From Tubulanus polymorphus (lineage: Eukaryota; Animalia; Nemertea), in contig NC_134033.1 in the NCBI RefSeq assembly GCF_964204645.1, positions 8,440,655 through 8,504,654 on the forward strand: a DNA stretch of 64,000 nt, read 5' to 3'. The position numbers and the translations under genes were made by a program. Below, piece by piece: positions 46,633 to 58,906 of the stretch; the stretch's first letter is position 1; every line of letters starts with the position of its first letter. The notes under the pieces were generated by a model. The model ran no database searches and was not told where the DNA came from. It saw only the letters and a program-made list of their open reading frames with translations.

Positions 46633-49600
46633 CTAGTTTTTGCTTTTGCAAGTAGAGCATAGATACTCATCATCAGTTGCCATATGTGCAACATCATTAG
46701 CTGACAACTTTGCACATTTATAATGTAACCATGTTTTGCAGTTGCAGCATTCAATCATTATAGAACCTGGAATGTACGTATGGCAAACACAATATCGAGA
46801 AATAACGAAAGTCTTGGCCATTAAGAAATGGTCGTGTCGTCAGCAAACAGTATAAACTTGAATAACTTAGAAACATGTATTATGTCATTTACATACAAAA
46901 GAAAAAGTGATGGTCCAAGAATAGAACCTTGTGGGACACCGTGCGAGATGGGCTGATAACTGGAAGGAGATTTGTTGTAGTCTACATATTGTTTACGATT
47001 TGATAAATAACTTTTAATCCAATCATTCGGTAAGCCTCTTATGCCTAATCTGTGTAGTTTTTGGATCAAAATTGAGTGGTCGATTGTATCGAAAGCTTTC
47101 GATAAATCAATGAAAATACTTATTGAGAATTGGCCATTTTCAACCTGTTTTGAGATATGATCTGTAAAGTCAAGCAGTGCAAGTTCCGTAGATGAATTTT
47201 TCCTAAAGCCATATTGATGAGGGTTAAGGATATGATGATTATCAACAAAGGATATTATACGGGCGTAGGTAATTTTTTCTAGGATTTTAGAAAAGAACGA
47301 AAGGACTGATATAGGTCTGTAGTTAGTGATTTCATTTTTATCACCGCCTTTATGAATTGGGGTAACTTTGGCGATTTGAAGAGCGTCGGGAACTATCCCC
47401 GTTGAATATGACTTATTGAAGATGTATAGTAATGGTTCCATTATTTCAGAGATGGCAGACTTAGCAATTTTAGGTTTTATATCATCAGGCCCAGCACCTT
47501 TATTAGCATCCAAATTATTGACAATATATAAAATGTCCTGCTGAATAATTGGGTTTAGGAACAGGTTATTTGAAGAATCGGGTTGGAGGTATGATAGGGG
47601 AGAGATTTCGGTTGTTGGAATTTTGTCCGCTAAGTTTCTACCAACGTTAGTAAAGAAAGAATTGAATTTATTGGCTACATCTAAAGGGTCAAGGTCTACA
47701 CCATTTATGTCTCTAAATGGTGGGCATATATTTATATCTTTAGGGCTACCGATAACTTGGTTTAGAATCGACCAAGTTTTTTTCAGGTCATGTTTCGCAG
47801 CAATTAATGCTCGTGCGAAGTGCTGTTTCTGCGCAGCTTTAAGCAATCGATTCAACCTGTTGCGATATTTCTTGTAACGTTCGTGATGATCAGCGCGCTT
47901 AGTTCGTTTGTATATTCGGTAATATTTCAATTTGGTTTTGACAGAATTTAGAAAATACATGGTTAAATAACAGTACAGTTTGAATAATTTTGTTAGAATA
48001 TAAAATACGACACCATCTGTGTACAATAAATTTAAATAATGATTGATCTCAGGGGACATATTTTGCTACAAAAAACAGCACTGATTTTTTCCTAATACCG
48101 GTATATCTCTTGTATATGAAGTTGTATAATATTTACCAGTTGCTCCATGATCTACTTTTGAAAGCCACTCGTTCCAAGCTTTCTCACGATGAAAGGCACA
48201 TAGACGCACAGTCACACCTTTAATAATAAATACATGTGAGAAAAGTTAAGAATAAATACGAAATGTGAGAAACTAAATACAAAGGCTCACATATTATCCT
48301 AAATTTCTAATTACCATTGAAAACACTCTCAATCACATTTATTTCGGCCGGGCAATAATCAGAGAGAAAATCTTGTGGATACCAATCCACATTCCAATTT
48401 CTGAAGATAGATAATGCCTCTCTTATGCTTTCCACATCTTTACGTTCAGTAATGAAAACTCCCACAACAGAGTAACATTCGTGCGCGTAACCAAGAAAAA
48501 AAGAGGTAGAGCATAGCGAACGGTACGGTAAGTCGCATCGAGGAGACAAACATCACTCCCATAACGATCGATGAACCTTCGTTGCCAAGAGGCTTGATAA
48601 CAAAAAAGAAAGTTTTTCATTTCCCCATCGTCTGCTTCATGGGAAGGGCGAAAAAAGAAGCTATCTCCTTGACTTTCTTCAGAAGTCTTCCAATCGTCAA
48701 TTCGTTTCGCTAAATTTTCTTGATCGATACAGCAATAAAGAACCATTTACTTAGGTTCCCCAAAAGTCATCATCCATATACACAAACTTAGATGAAAATC
48801 TACAATGCCAGGTATATATTAACCAAATCCTACAATTTTATTCATGTAATTTCATGAAATTATCATTTCAACACCTCCAGAATGTGTAAATCATAATTTA
48901 CCTTACTATTGCGAGTGGACATTTTTTCCTTTTTCAAATCAAATTTGAATTGTACTAAATGTGATTTGAGCCAAAATCTTTCTAGGCCCTATGTTTTAAA
49001 AATAAAAGTTCTATGCTCCAGGATAACTAGAAATGAAATACAACACTGGTATAACCTACGAGCAATCATCTCGTAGGTATAACTAACCATCTCTTCGTCT
49101 TTCTTTTTTGCATACATGGCCTTCTTGTTTTTGTTATAATCAACTCCGTGATGGCAGTTCCATGTTATTTTCCCCATAATCATAAATGGACGACCGTCGT
49201 AAGGAATGTTTGGTGCATTCTTGTATTCGTCGGAAGAACCAGATTTTTTTCGCCGATTTTGTCCAAGCCATTTTTTCCAATCTGTAAAACATAATTTTTC
49301 CGCGTAATTTTTCCTATCTCGAACCTAATGACCACACATATAAGCAGGTTTAATCAAAAAGATCCCTACTTCATTTAAGATATAGGGACCGGGTGAAGTA
49401 GGTTTTGAACAGTGGAGTTCATTGCATAAAATTCGGTACCTGAAGTTCTTTTTATGAAATCATATATTTTTTGCCTATTTGGGATTTTTTAAGAATAAAA
49501 AACCTTTCTCTCTTTTTAGCATAAAACTTATAATACACATTTCCACACACGATTCAAGACCAAGGGCGGATCAAGCATTTTGAAAAAGGGGGTACAAATA

Positions 49601-49875
49601 TCAAATAAGTATAAATGGTCGACAACAAACAAGGGTCCACAAACAAATCACTCACTACACTGACTAGGGCTACGTATATAATAAAAATTTGGTAAAAGTG
49701 TGTACTTTTGCAATGGTAATGGAAAGAAAATAACCACGTGTCGTGGTTATGATTTACCATGGTCATTAATAATCGGATCTTTATGCTGAACACAGTACTT
49801 TGTCCCATTCTCTATCTCGTGGGATCTGATGTGTTCACATACAGCTTCAAACGAATCAAAATACGCCGTAGTCAT
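46633..49875 (-). pseudogene. Intron-containing MULE transposase of M2 (CaRF-like N-terminus, C-terminal PHD finger), interrupted by LINE RT
   Basis: IPYDGRPF..WNCHHG, DQENL, CLLDATYRT..LPLFFL, FLSDY, LCAFHREKAW; PHD YCVC..MIECCNCKTWLHYKC..YLCSTC. Confidence 0.75.
46821..47930 (-). pseudogene. Non-LTR (CR1/L2-like) reverse transcriptase fragment
   Basis: NYRPIS, QYGFR, FIDLSKAFDTIDH, GVPQGSILGP, FADDT; truncated at both ends. Confidence 0.88.
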
Positions 49876-50050
49876 GTTTCCATCACCAGTTACATCAGCA
49901 AGCGCCGCTGCGCCCAAAATCATAAAATGTCCCGCCAAAACTGGTGCAGTCAAACGGCCTTGGAAATAAGAATTCATTGCGACCGAATATTAAGGTGAAG
50001 GTCACTAGGTGACTTTTCAGTCCTGGATATACCGTCAACCCTGAAGAAGA

Positions 50051-53000
50051 ATGGCGGCGGTTTTGGAAGTGCCGTCTGTTTATATCGAAAAAATGCAACT
50101 TTTGAATGTTACAAGGATCTCACCGGAAAGTTAAAAGAATATGAAAATGCAAATTTCGTTAAACTCTACAAACGTAGCTCAAGGACAATCGGAATAGTTC
50201 AGCGCAGGGCTCCTAAACGAGTATTTAAACCTGAATTGGTATACGCTGATCTTGACTACGCATGTATCCATGGAGGGAAAAATTTCAAATCGCAAAGTAA
50301 CGGTACAAGGCCCAATCAAAGGTAAGATGACCACTTAGAGTACTTAAAACATTCATATGTTCATGGTCAAAAAAAAGTATTTAATCAAAGTCAAAGCAAA
50401 ATAGGCCAACAACTCTCTTAAGTAAGGCCTGATAGGCATGTTGATGTGTAGTAAGGTCATTTTGACAGTCATGTGAATTGTGGCCTCATGCAGTCTTTGT
50501 CTTTTTCAGAACATTCCAAAAGAACTGTTCGTTCTTTATCAAAATACGTACTTCTGCCGATGGACAGAAACTAGTCATCACAGATATGGATGAATGCCAC
50601 AATCATGACGTATCTAAGGTTGGTATATATGCGTTAACATTAACTTTTGTCTATTCTATCATGTTATATTACCTAACGAAACTGTTCTTCTGATTACATG
50701 CTGCCTACGAACATCTCCCTCAGGTGCGTAAATTGGAAGGGGATGAATTTGCTATGGCACAGTCCATGTTACAAATGAGAGCTAATAAGAAGATATTACA
50801 AGATAAATTGGTAGCGTCGTGTGGGAAAGTAGTTACACTGAAAGATCTGCACAACATTGCAACTGCAGACAAAAAAGGTGGAAACGATCTGAATGATCTT
50901 GTAGCCGAAAAAACTAATGGTATACTTTCCTAAGAATGTCTGTAATGAAAGGTTGTTGTAAAGTTAATTCACAATTAAGTGAAATAAATTTTTCTATTTT
51001 TAGGATCTGTAGTAGAGGTTGTAGTGGATGAAGAAAATGTCTTAATGTTTGGAATTTTCTATCAGTCACCCAACATGCGGAAGATGTTTGAAAGCTATCC
51101 GGAATTGCTTCTGGTTGACGCTACGCACAAACTGAACAATCTGCGTATGCCATTGTATGTTATGATGGTGATCGATGGTAACGGCGAATCCGAAATTGTT
51201 GGATTGTGGGTCGTTATGGATGAGACCCGTCAGTCTATTGAAGCATTAGCAGATCATTTTAAGTAGCATAAGGTTCGTTGGAATGATGATGTCAGAGTAA
51301 TAATCACGGATAAAGATATGACAGAAAGAGATGACCTCACAAAAAAGTTTGAAAATGCGACACCTCTAATATGTCTCTTTCATACAATGCGTAGTTTTAA
51401 ACGTGAGGTCACAACTGAAAAAAATGAACATTAGTACCGACCAGCGTATAACTGTGCTCGAAATATTGTCTAAATTGGTCTATTCGAAGAATGAACAGCA
51501 GTATGACACGAACTATAGGCTGTTGCAAGATCTGAACATTGTGAGAGTTGTTACATACTTCGATAAAAACTGGCATGAGATACGACATCAATGGGTACAA
51601 GGCTTGAAAAACGAACACGCTCATTACTTGACGAATACAAACAACCGACTTGAATTTATAAACGGAAAAATTAAAAGTGTCGTGTCAAGATTCAGTAGCA
51701 TGGTTGTTTTCTGGAGAGACTTGATGCTCTGCATAGAGTCATTGAATCTGGAAAGGGATCATAGAGCTATACAAATGAAAACAAAAGTTCCGGTGAAAAA
51801 TTATATAAACGGTAGCCCAGAGTATCTGTACATGGGTCTTTTTACACCATTTGCATTTGGACATCTGGAAAAACAATTTGAGAAACGAGGAGAAATAAGT
51901 GAAAATGTTCTGACAAAGAATGCAACAACTTCTGTTTCATGCGCATGTACTGTTTACAAATCCATGAATTTACCATGTTTGCATATATTTAGCGTCCGAA
52001 TGAAAGAAGAATTAGATGTTTATCAGCCCGGTGTGCACGGCATTGGTATAGATCATATTACCAATCTAATCATCGTGCATTTAGTGACTCCAACAGTAGT
52101 CATAACGTCAATGAAATTGATATTTCATCCATTCCTAAGACCAGTAGCGATAATTCCCGTATACGTATTTTATCTGCGCATGAAAAGTATCGTAAAGTGA
52201 TCGCTATAACTCAGAACATTGCATCGGTTGTGTCGGAATACGGGATGCGTGAATTCAATCATAACTTTGGAATAATGAAGTCAGTGCTTGGTTATCTGCA
52301 GACCGGCAAGACATTCTATGTTGCTGCAGTTGCTGAAACTAACAATGCCGACATTATTCTCGATGAACACATCGGTGTTTCCTGTACGTAAATGAAACTG
52401 GAAATTTATTTAGTTTATTATCTGCCCTGTTGTACATAAAAGTACGTGTTAAAAATTAGGAATGTTTTTTGAATTTCATCTAGCAGTTGTTGACACAGAA
52501 ACGTCAAATAGAGACGACCTTTATTTGTCCATCGAAACTCCTCGCATAGATTTACCAGTTACTGGCTCGGTTGAGATTTCAGACGACAATTCTTCGGGTA
52601 AGTTACTTTCTTTATGATTAGATATTAACTCCAAATATACTAATATATAAAACCATATGACCCCAAAATATTTTTTTTAAAATCCAACAAGGATCAGGAG
52701 TTGCACAGGGAAACAACATGGTTATTCAATCTGATGTATCTATATCAGGTAATAAATAATGATGATGTCTAGATGATTAGATAGACCATACAAATTTTTC
52801 GTAATTTCATTTTCACATTTATGTTTTAGCAAATTATCTTATTAATTTCAGCCTTGCCTAGTAAAAAGAAGCGGTTTCCTCGAGATAAAAAGCCCAGAGA
52901 AACCGAGTCACTGTACAGTACGTATCCTTTGCTTTGGATTGTTCTTTTAATACATAACTATCGTACCTATTGATATCATCTGATTTCTATTCTACAGAGA

Positions 53001-54106
53001 AATTACTGGCTTATATAGCTGAACTCGCCAAAGAAGGACACCTGGCAAGATTAGTCACCTCATCTAAAGAGAAACGCCAACTGGGTAGATCTCTCCTAAA
53101 CTATCGTACGAAGAACCAGACGATTTATAATGCCTCAAAAGTACATGTTCAGCTGATGGAGAAGGTGGGTGGAGATTTAGAAGGCATTATCAGCATACTG
53201 TTGCAGTATGACCCCAGGTTAAAAGGCGATGCGTGTGCTGGGATTGTCTTGGTGGATGTACTTTTGCGGCAATTCGCTGAGATAGCAAACATAACATTGA
53301 AAGATGAGACCGAAACTGAAGCTCCAGCCCCAACCACTGACATTGAAATGGATAACAAAGGTATAGCTTTTAATCAAGTTAGAAATGATTTAAATTCCTC
53401 TAGAAATAGCATTATTAATAACCTTCCATAATGATAACCTTTGTTTCAGAAAATGACAACTCTCACCAAGTAAATCTTAGTGATATGAAGATGCCACCAA
53501 GGATGGCTAAGCGTGGTAGACCGAAAGGTGCTGAACAAACTACAATAGGTCTACCTCTTAAAAGGAAATGTAAACCAGCAACTTTTTTGAATATGTCTCC
53601 ATCTGAAAAAGAGGTAGGTAAGCTATCAAACAAGCACCATGATTTCAGTCAATAGACAGGAGGCTATCTAAGTATATATTAATTAAGAAATACTATTTGC
53701 TATATAATACTTTTTAAGATTTATAATTCTTTTTTACAGCTATATTGAAGACGATTGTACCTGATACCCTTGTAAGCAATGTGATGGCTGGGAAAAGACT
53801 AATATCTGTCTCACATTTATGCAAAGAAAATTGATCAATGAACATTACTGATGAAAACCTGGTGACACTATCAAGAGTGAAACATTATTTCAAGGAACAA
53901 GCGTGGATAAAACTGCTGAAGCTTCAGGTTGAACTGAACAGGTCTGGGGAGTGGGTCTGTAATTCTTTTCAGAAGTTTTGGGGGATGATGAGTCAGTTGG
54001 TTGTGATAGATGCTTGTCCTGGTATCATTTAAGCTGTGTTGGATTGGCAGCCGCTCCAAAGAAAAAAATATGGTTTTGTCGAACTTGTTGTTCTTTTATG
54101 CAGTGA
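50051..54106 (+). pseudogene. Intron-containing MULE transposase of M1 (ZSWIM3-like; DDE, SWIM, PHD)
   Basis: YACIHGG, LLVDATHKLN, IITDKD, CLFH, TNNRLE, CAC..PCLH and a terminal PHD-like motif; GT-AG introns. Confidence 0.8.
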
Positions 54107-54164
54107 TGCAAGATATTCACGTGTGTATATAATATTTCTTAAATGATGTTAGATGTTAAATTTA

Positions 54165-54560
54165 ATTTTTATTTGTAATAATACTTCTCATGATGATTTT
54201 CTTATGACTAGTTTCCAGTATTGATTTTTATTTGCTGTATATAGTATATTTCATTCCCATCATTTGTGATAAATTGTTAAAACGATGTGATTGTGCTTTT
54301 TTAACCTTCTTTTTTTATTTAAATGCAATAATCCAGTATTAATTTTTATTTGCTGTATATATTTTATTTCATTCCCTTCATTTGTGATGTTATAACGATG
54401 TGATTGTGCTTTTTTAACCATCTCATTTTATTCAAATGCAATAATCCAGTATTAAATTTTATTTGCTGTATTTCATTTGTAATAGTACTTCTCATGACGA
54501 TTTTCTTATGACGATATCCCAGTATTGATTTTTATTTGCTGTATATAGTATATTTCATGA
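54165..54560. repeat. Degenerate AT-rich direct repeats in the M1 3' region
   Basis: CCAGTATT..TTTTATTTGCTGTAT recurs four times. Confidence 0.6.
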
Positions 54561-56147
54561 TGGTTTCTTCAGTTAAACTTTTGCTCCCAATAGTCGAATA
54601 TTTGTATTAAGTGCTTGCTATTACTTTCATTTTTTCTTAATAATAAATTTTGTAACTTAAAAGTTTATTTGAAGTTAGTTGTATTTTAAAAATATGGCAA
54701 TCGGTTTTATGATCAGTTTTACCCATTCCCCATCAAATACTGATGCGTAAATCTGATTAAAAAAGAAGAGCATAGATTTTCTACACAACACCGTATGAAT
54801 AAAGATCGTACGCACCATATGCGTATCAATATAGTTTTTGCGTATTTATAAGACTGTGCGTATGGATAAACGCCGTACGTACGACGTGCGTATGAATAAA
54901 CGCCGTACGTACGACGTGTACGAATAATTAGCGTACGTAATTCATGTATGTGGCGCTGTGATACGGTGTACATACGAATAATTCACGGAAGTTAGCGTAC
55001 GGGTCCGTACGAGTAGCCACTTCGAATATAATACTTGCATGCTTTTCTTAGTAATATGAAGTCATAAATTGAGAAGTGGACCTGTAAACACTGCAATGGC
55101 AGTTTCTCCATCTCAACAAGTAGTAGCCGTCATTTACGCGTTTGGGAGAAAAACCCCAAACGTGAGAATGTAAATTTTCGCTGTGAAGGTGTGCAACTAC
55201 TCTACAAGAGCGTATGACACAACTCGCACTCGTACAAAGAAGAAACATCGAGACGAAACGGTCGGTCGAAGTTTGTCAGAGTTCATCGCATCAGATGACC
55301 TAGCGCCTATCGACAATGTTACCGTTTCTGAACCAACTTTTCCAGATGTAACAGGTCCGCCCCGCCGAAGACTTTGTTTTTAAGTTTTGTAGCGGCTGAA
55401 GTTGCCAAGCGAGAAAGTGTATCGCCGGCGAAAACTTTCGTCAGTCCAGAACGGCGGATTGTCACCAAAAATCCGGTTGTTGACGACCTGTTAGCGACAC
55501 CCGTGCTCCCGTTTGCCATTCCGCCCGTGGAACCACCGAAACAGCCGTCAACCTCAACTTCAACAATTACTTAGCTTCCGGAAATATCATATCATCAGAG
55601 CGCCAAGAAACATGTACATGTCATTCTATGTACAAGTCAACCATCAAGATATTACATCACCCAGATGATCTACCGCAATGTATTTTCTGCATGATGTGTC
55701 GAGAATTGGCAGGACTTACTCAGGAAGTCGCGGAGAAGTTTGGACGCAAGCTACATACCCACGTAATGTTCGAATCAGAGATAGTTACAGAGTATGAAAG
55801 AATCAACTGTGCAACATCTGTAGAGTGATTCACCAACGTCGACGTGAAGAGTAACCTGTCAAGCCTTCCTTTTATCCTGTTGTCTTTAGAGTTTTATCTC
55901 ATGTTATTTGTTGGTTGATCTGTTAGTATAGTTTGTACTGAACAATGTGATATAAGTAATATTACTATGTATTAGTAATGTTAGTACATAATATTAGTAT
56001 TAGCATGTATTAGTAGTATTTAATAAGAATGTAGATCTGGTTCGTATGCTTTCTTGTATTGGATGGTGTTTTCTAGCAATTTTCTTGGGCATTTTCGCCC
56101 ATTGCCTTTTATCTTTGTATGTACAGGCAGAGGGCTAGAGGGGGCAT

Positions 56148-56435
56148 TGTAGCAAAAATTGAAATGAATTTGATTTATTGTTTTCTTTCGCTTCCGTGTC
56201 CTCTCCTCTCTTCCTTTGCCTTTCTCCTTCTGTCTATGTTACGTAACCGTACTTAAATCCTTAGGTGCGGGGTGGTAAATTCACATTGGAAGTGGTTTAT
56301 CTACCTTTATTTCGGTCGCGTGGCTTCTGTCATTTGTTTCCATTCGCGTAATTCTCGCATTGTTGGAGTAATTAATCATAAGGGTTCGATTCCCGTGTTT
56401 TCATAACTTATGTGCAGCAACGAGCCTCGCTGTGG
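56148..56435 (+). repeat. Probable 3' LTR of Gypsy B (interrupted)
   Basis: Copy of 21842-22097; preceded by AGAGGGCTAGAGGGGG purine tract. Confidence 0.65.
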
Positions 56436-57570
56436 TTTTTAGCCCACTTGGGACTTTAGTCCCAGCGGGCTATTACGTTCATTTTTCGTCCGTCCGTTCG
56501 TCCGTCCGTAGACGTAATCAAGTTATTTTGGGAAGTTTTGAAGACGCTTCAATGTAATGTCCTGATATTTGGGTTACACATGTATCTACCCTAGACAAAT
56601 CTTCAGCCCAAAAACGGGCCCTGTAAGAATCAAGATGGCCGACTGGCAGCCATTGTTGTTCGCCAAAATCAACACTTTTTACACATTTTTGAACTTTTTG
56701 AGGGAAATTTTGAAGACGCTTTGATCAATTACCTTGATCTTTCCGATGTATGTGAATCCCCCCAGGGTTCATCAGCCTAACAAAAATTGGGTCGATCGGA
56801 CTCCTGAGGCAGGTACCTATTTATGATCAGCCAATTATGACGCAATCAGCGGCCATCTTGGTGTCATCAGTACTCATTCGTAGGTAGGAAAAAGTTTTTC
56901 CACATTATATTGATACCTTAGCGTATTTTGTTACCACAATCAATAAGAAACTTGTAGCTCATAACGTGTTCTATGATTGTGGTCAGTTTCAAGGTCATTG
57001 GTTTTTGTATATGGCCACCAGGGGGGCGTTGAATAATACAATATCTTAGTATTTCTATATTATATTCGTATTAATGCATATTTTGTAAACACAATCAATT
57101 GCAAAGTTGTAGCTCATTACATCATCTATGATTGTGGCAAGTTTGAAGGCCATTTGTTATTCTATATGGTCACCAGGGGGGCGTTGAATAGTAGAATTAC
57201 TTAGTATTTCCTTATTATATTGGTACATAGGCATATTTTGTTTCCATGATCAATTACAAAAGTTATAGTTCGTGACATGTTCTAAGATTGTGGTGAGTTT
57301 CAAGGTCATTTGGTATTGAATATGGTCACCAGGGGGCGTTGAATAGTAGAATAACTTAGAATTTCCATATTAAATTGGTAACGAGGCATATTTTGTTATC
57401 ACAATCAATTACAAAATCGTAGCTGCTGACATGTTCTATGATTGTGGTGAGTTTCAAGGTCATTGGTTTTTGTATATGGTCACCAGGGGGCATTGAATAT
57501 TGAAATTGTTAGATTGTTGAGCATTTGGAACCACTTTCCAAGTGGGCATGGTGTCCCTGGACCCCTAGTT
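56436..57570 (+). mobile_element. Helentron-associated non-autonomous element (HINE/DINE-like) with ~150-bp internal tandem repeats
   Basis: 5' TTTTTAGCCCACTTGG, (CGTC)n microsatellite, 3' subterminal CCAAGTGGGC, short hairpin, then CTAGTT; four repeats at ~56900-57500. Confidence 0.7.
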
Positions 57571-58397
57571 TAAGCGTGGTGATACAAAATAAATGCTTGG
57601 TCTAATCAATTTATATTTATTGATTTTACGTCCATGTAAGTTCGGTTTCAAAGCTGAATCACATTGGACGTTTACACAGTGGTCGTATATTAGGTTCAAA
57701 TCTGTCAATACATTATATTTCATGTATCGGCATTTAGATTTTCAATAATTCCTACCAACCTGAATGGCATGGTGTGGATTTGCAGAAAACCCGTTATCGC
57801 TCCATTGCAGCTATATTTTTAAGTTTAAAATAGGGTGCAGAGTGCATTGATAGAATCTACGCGGAGGGAAAGTCTGTTATATTTCTATCAGAATTCTACA
57901 TTCCGTTAAGTAGCTGTTAGTTGTCGAATCCGAGAGAAGATGAAGTTTATGTGATGAAAAAAAGTGGAAGATATGTTGTTAATAATAATAGTAATCAACA
58001 GAATTACAAGAGGGTTTTCGACGAAAGTCAGAAAACCCTAATTAGCAAATAGAATGAAGTCCAACCTTAATGGGGCTGAATTGGACGTTAACGAATTTGG
58101 CCAGTTGAGTTATGTGAAAAAAACTGGTAATATTATAAGAAGAGAATTATTATAACATGCAATTTTTACAGGGTTCTAATAAATTATTTCATATAAAATT
58201 CGATTTGTGGGATTTCTTCAATTAATCTACAGTATACACAGAGTCATTCATTCGACTGATATCTGTATTATGTTTCCTGTGGCAAGTTAGGTATATGCAC
58301 CCTGTAGCAAGTGAGGTACCCCTCGCGGTCATGTACTCCAGAGGGACGTACACCGGAGGACGGTTTCCATCCTACCCGTCTCAAAAACAATGGCTGT

Positions 58398-58906
58398 GAC
58401 TAATGTCTATTTCAACCTGACTTGAGAGCATTCCGGGTGGCCTAGCTCGCTAATTTTTGGTAGTACATACCCGATAAAGGTCTTAATGGGACCAGAAAGG
58501 ACAAGCAGTCGACCTAAAACATCACTTTTTAATCCATTAGAAACTGTATTGAAGTATATCCAAAAAGTCTTCACTTAAGGGGGTTCATGAGAGAGAAGAG
58601 ACTCCATGATTTGAAAGTTTAACAATATGTTTCCATGCCTCAAGTGAAGTTTGGTGACGTAGGCATGGAAACATATTGTTGAACTTTCAAATCATGGAGT
58701 CACTTCTCTTCATTTAACCCCTTTCAGTGAAGTCTTTTTGGATATCCTTCAATACAGTTTCAAATGGATTAAAAAATGATGATTTAGGTCGACTGCCCGT
58801 CCTTTCTGGTCCTACTAAGACCCGCTTTATCAGGTATGTACTACCAAAACTGACTGAGCTAGGCCACCTGGAATGCTCTCAAGTCAGGTTGAAATAGACA
58901 TTAGTC
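58398..58906. repeat. ~510-bp foldback palindrome (MITE-like)
   Basis: GACTAATGTCTATTTCAACCTGAC... pairs with ...GTCAGGTTGAAATAGACATTAGTC along almost the whole length. Confidence 0.8.

Larger units (their letters stand above)
26901..50040 (-). mobile_element. MULE DNA transposon M2 (contains P2 and a LINE fragment)
   Basis: 34-bp perfect TIR GGTTGACGGTATATCCAGGACTGAAAAGTCACCT; perfect 9-bp TSD CTGAAGAAG (26892-26900, 50041-50049). Confidence 0.88.
26769..55024 (+). mobile_element. MULE DNA transposon M1 (contains M2 and P2)
   Basis: ~75-bp imperfect TIRs CGAAGTGACTAC.. / ..GTAGCCACTTCG; degenerate 9-bp TSD ATCATAATA/AATATAATA; transposase at 50051-54106. Confidence 0.75.
21842..56435 (+). 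mobile_element. Gypsy LTR retrotransposon B, hosting two MULEs and P2; 5' LTR split by Gypsy A
   Basis: 21842-22097 (plus ~700-718) is repeated at 56148-56435, which starts TGTA after a purine tract; gag-pol lies between; exact LTR ends and TSD not resolved. Confidence 0.65.

Noticed and set aside
55048-55828. Short ORFs between M1 and the Gypsy B 3' LTR as an accessory gene
   Set aside because: Too fragmented; no recognisable domain.
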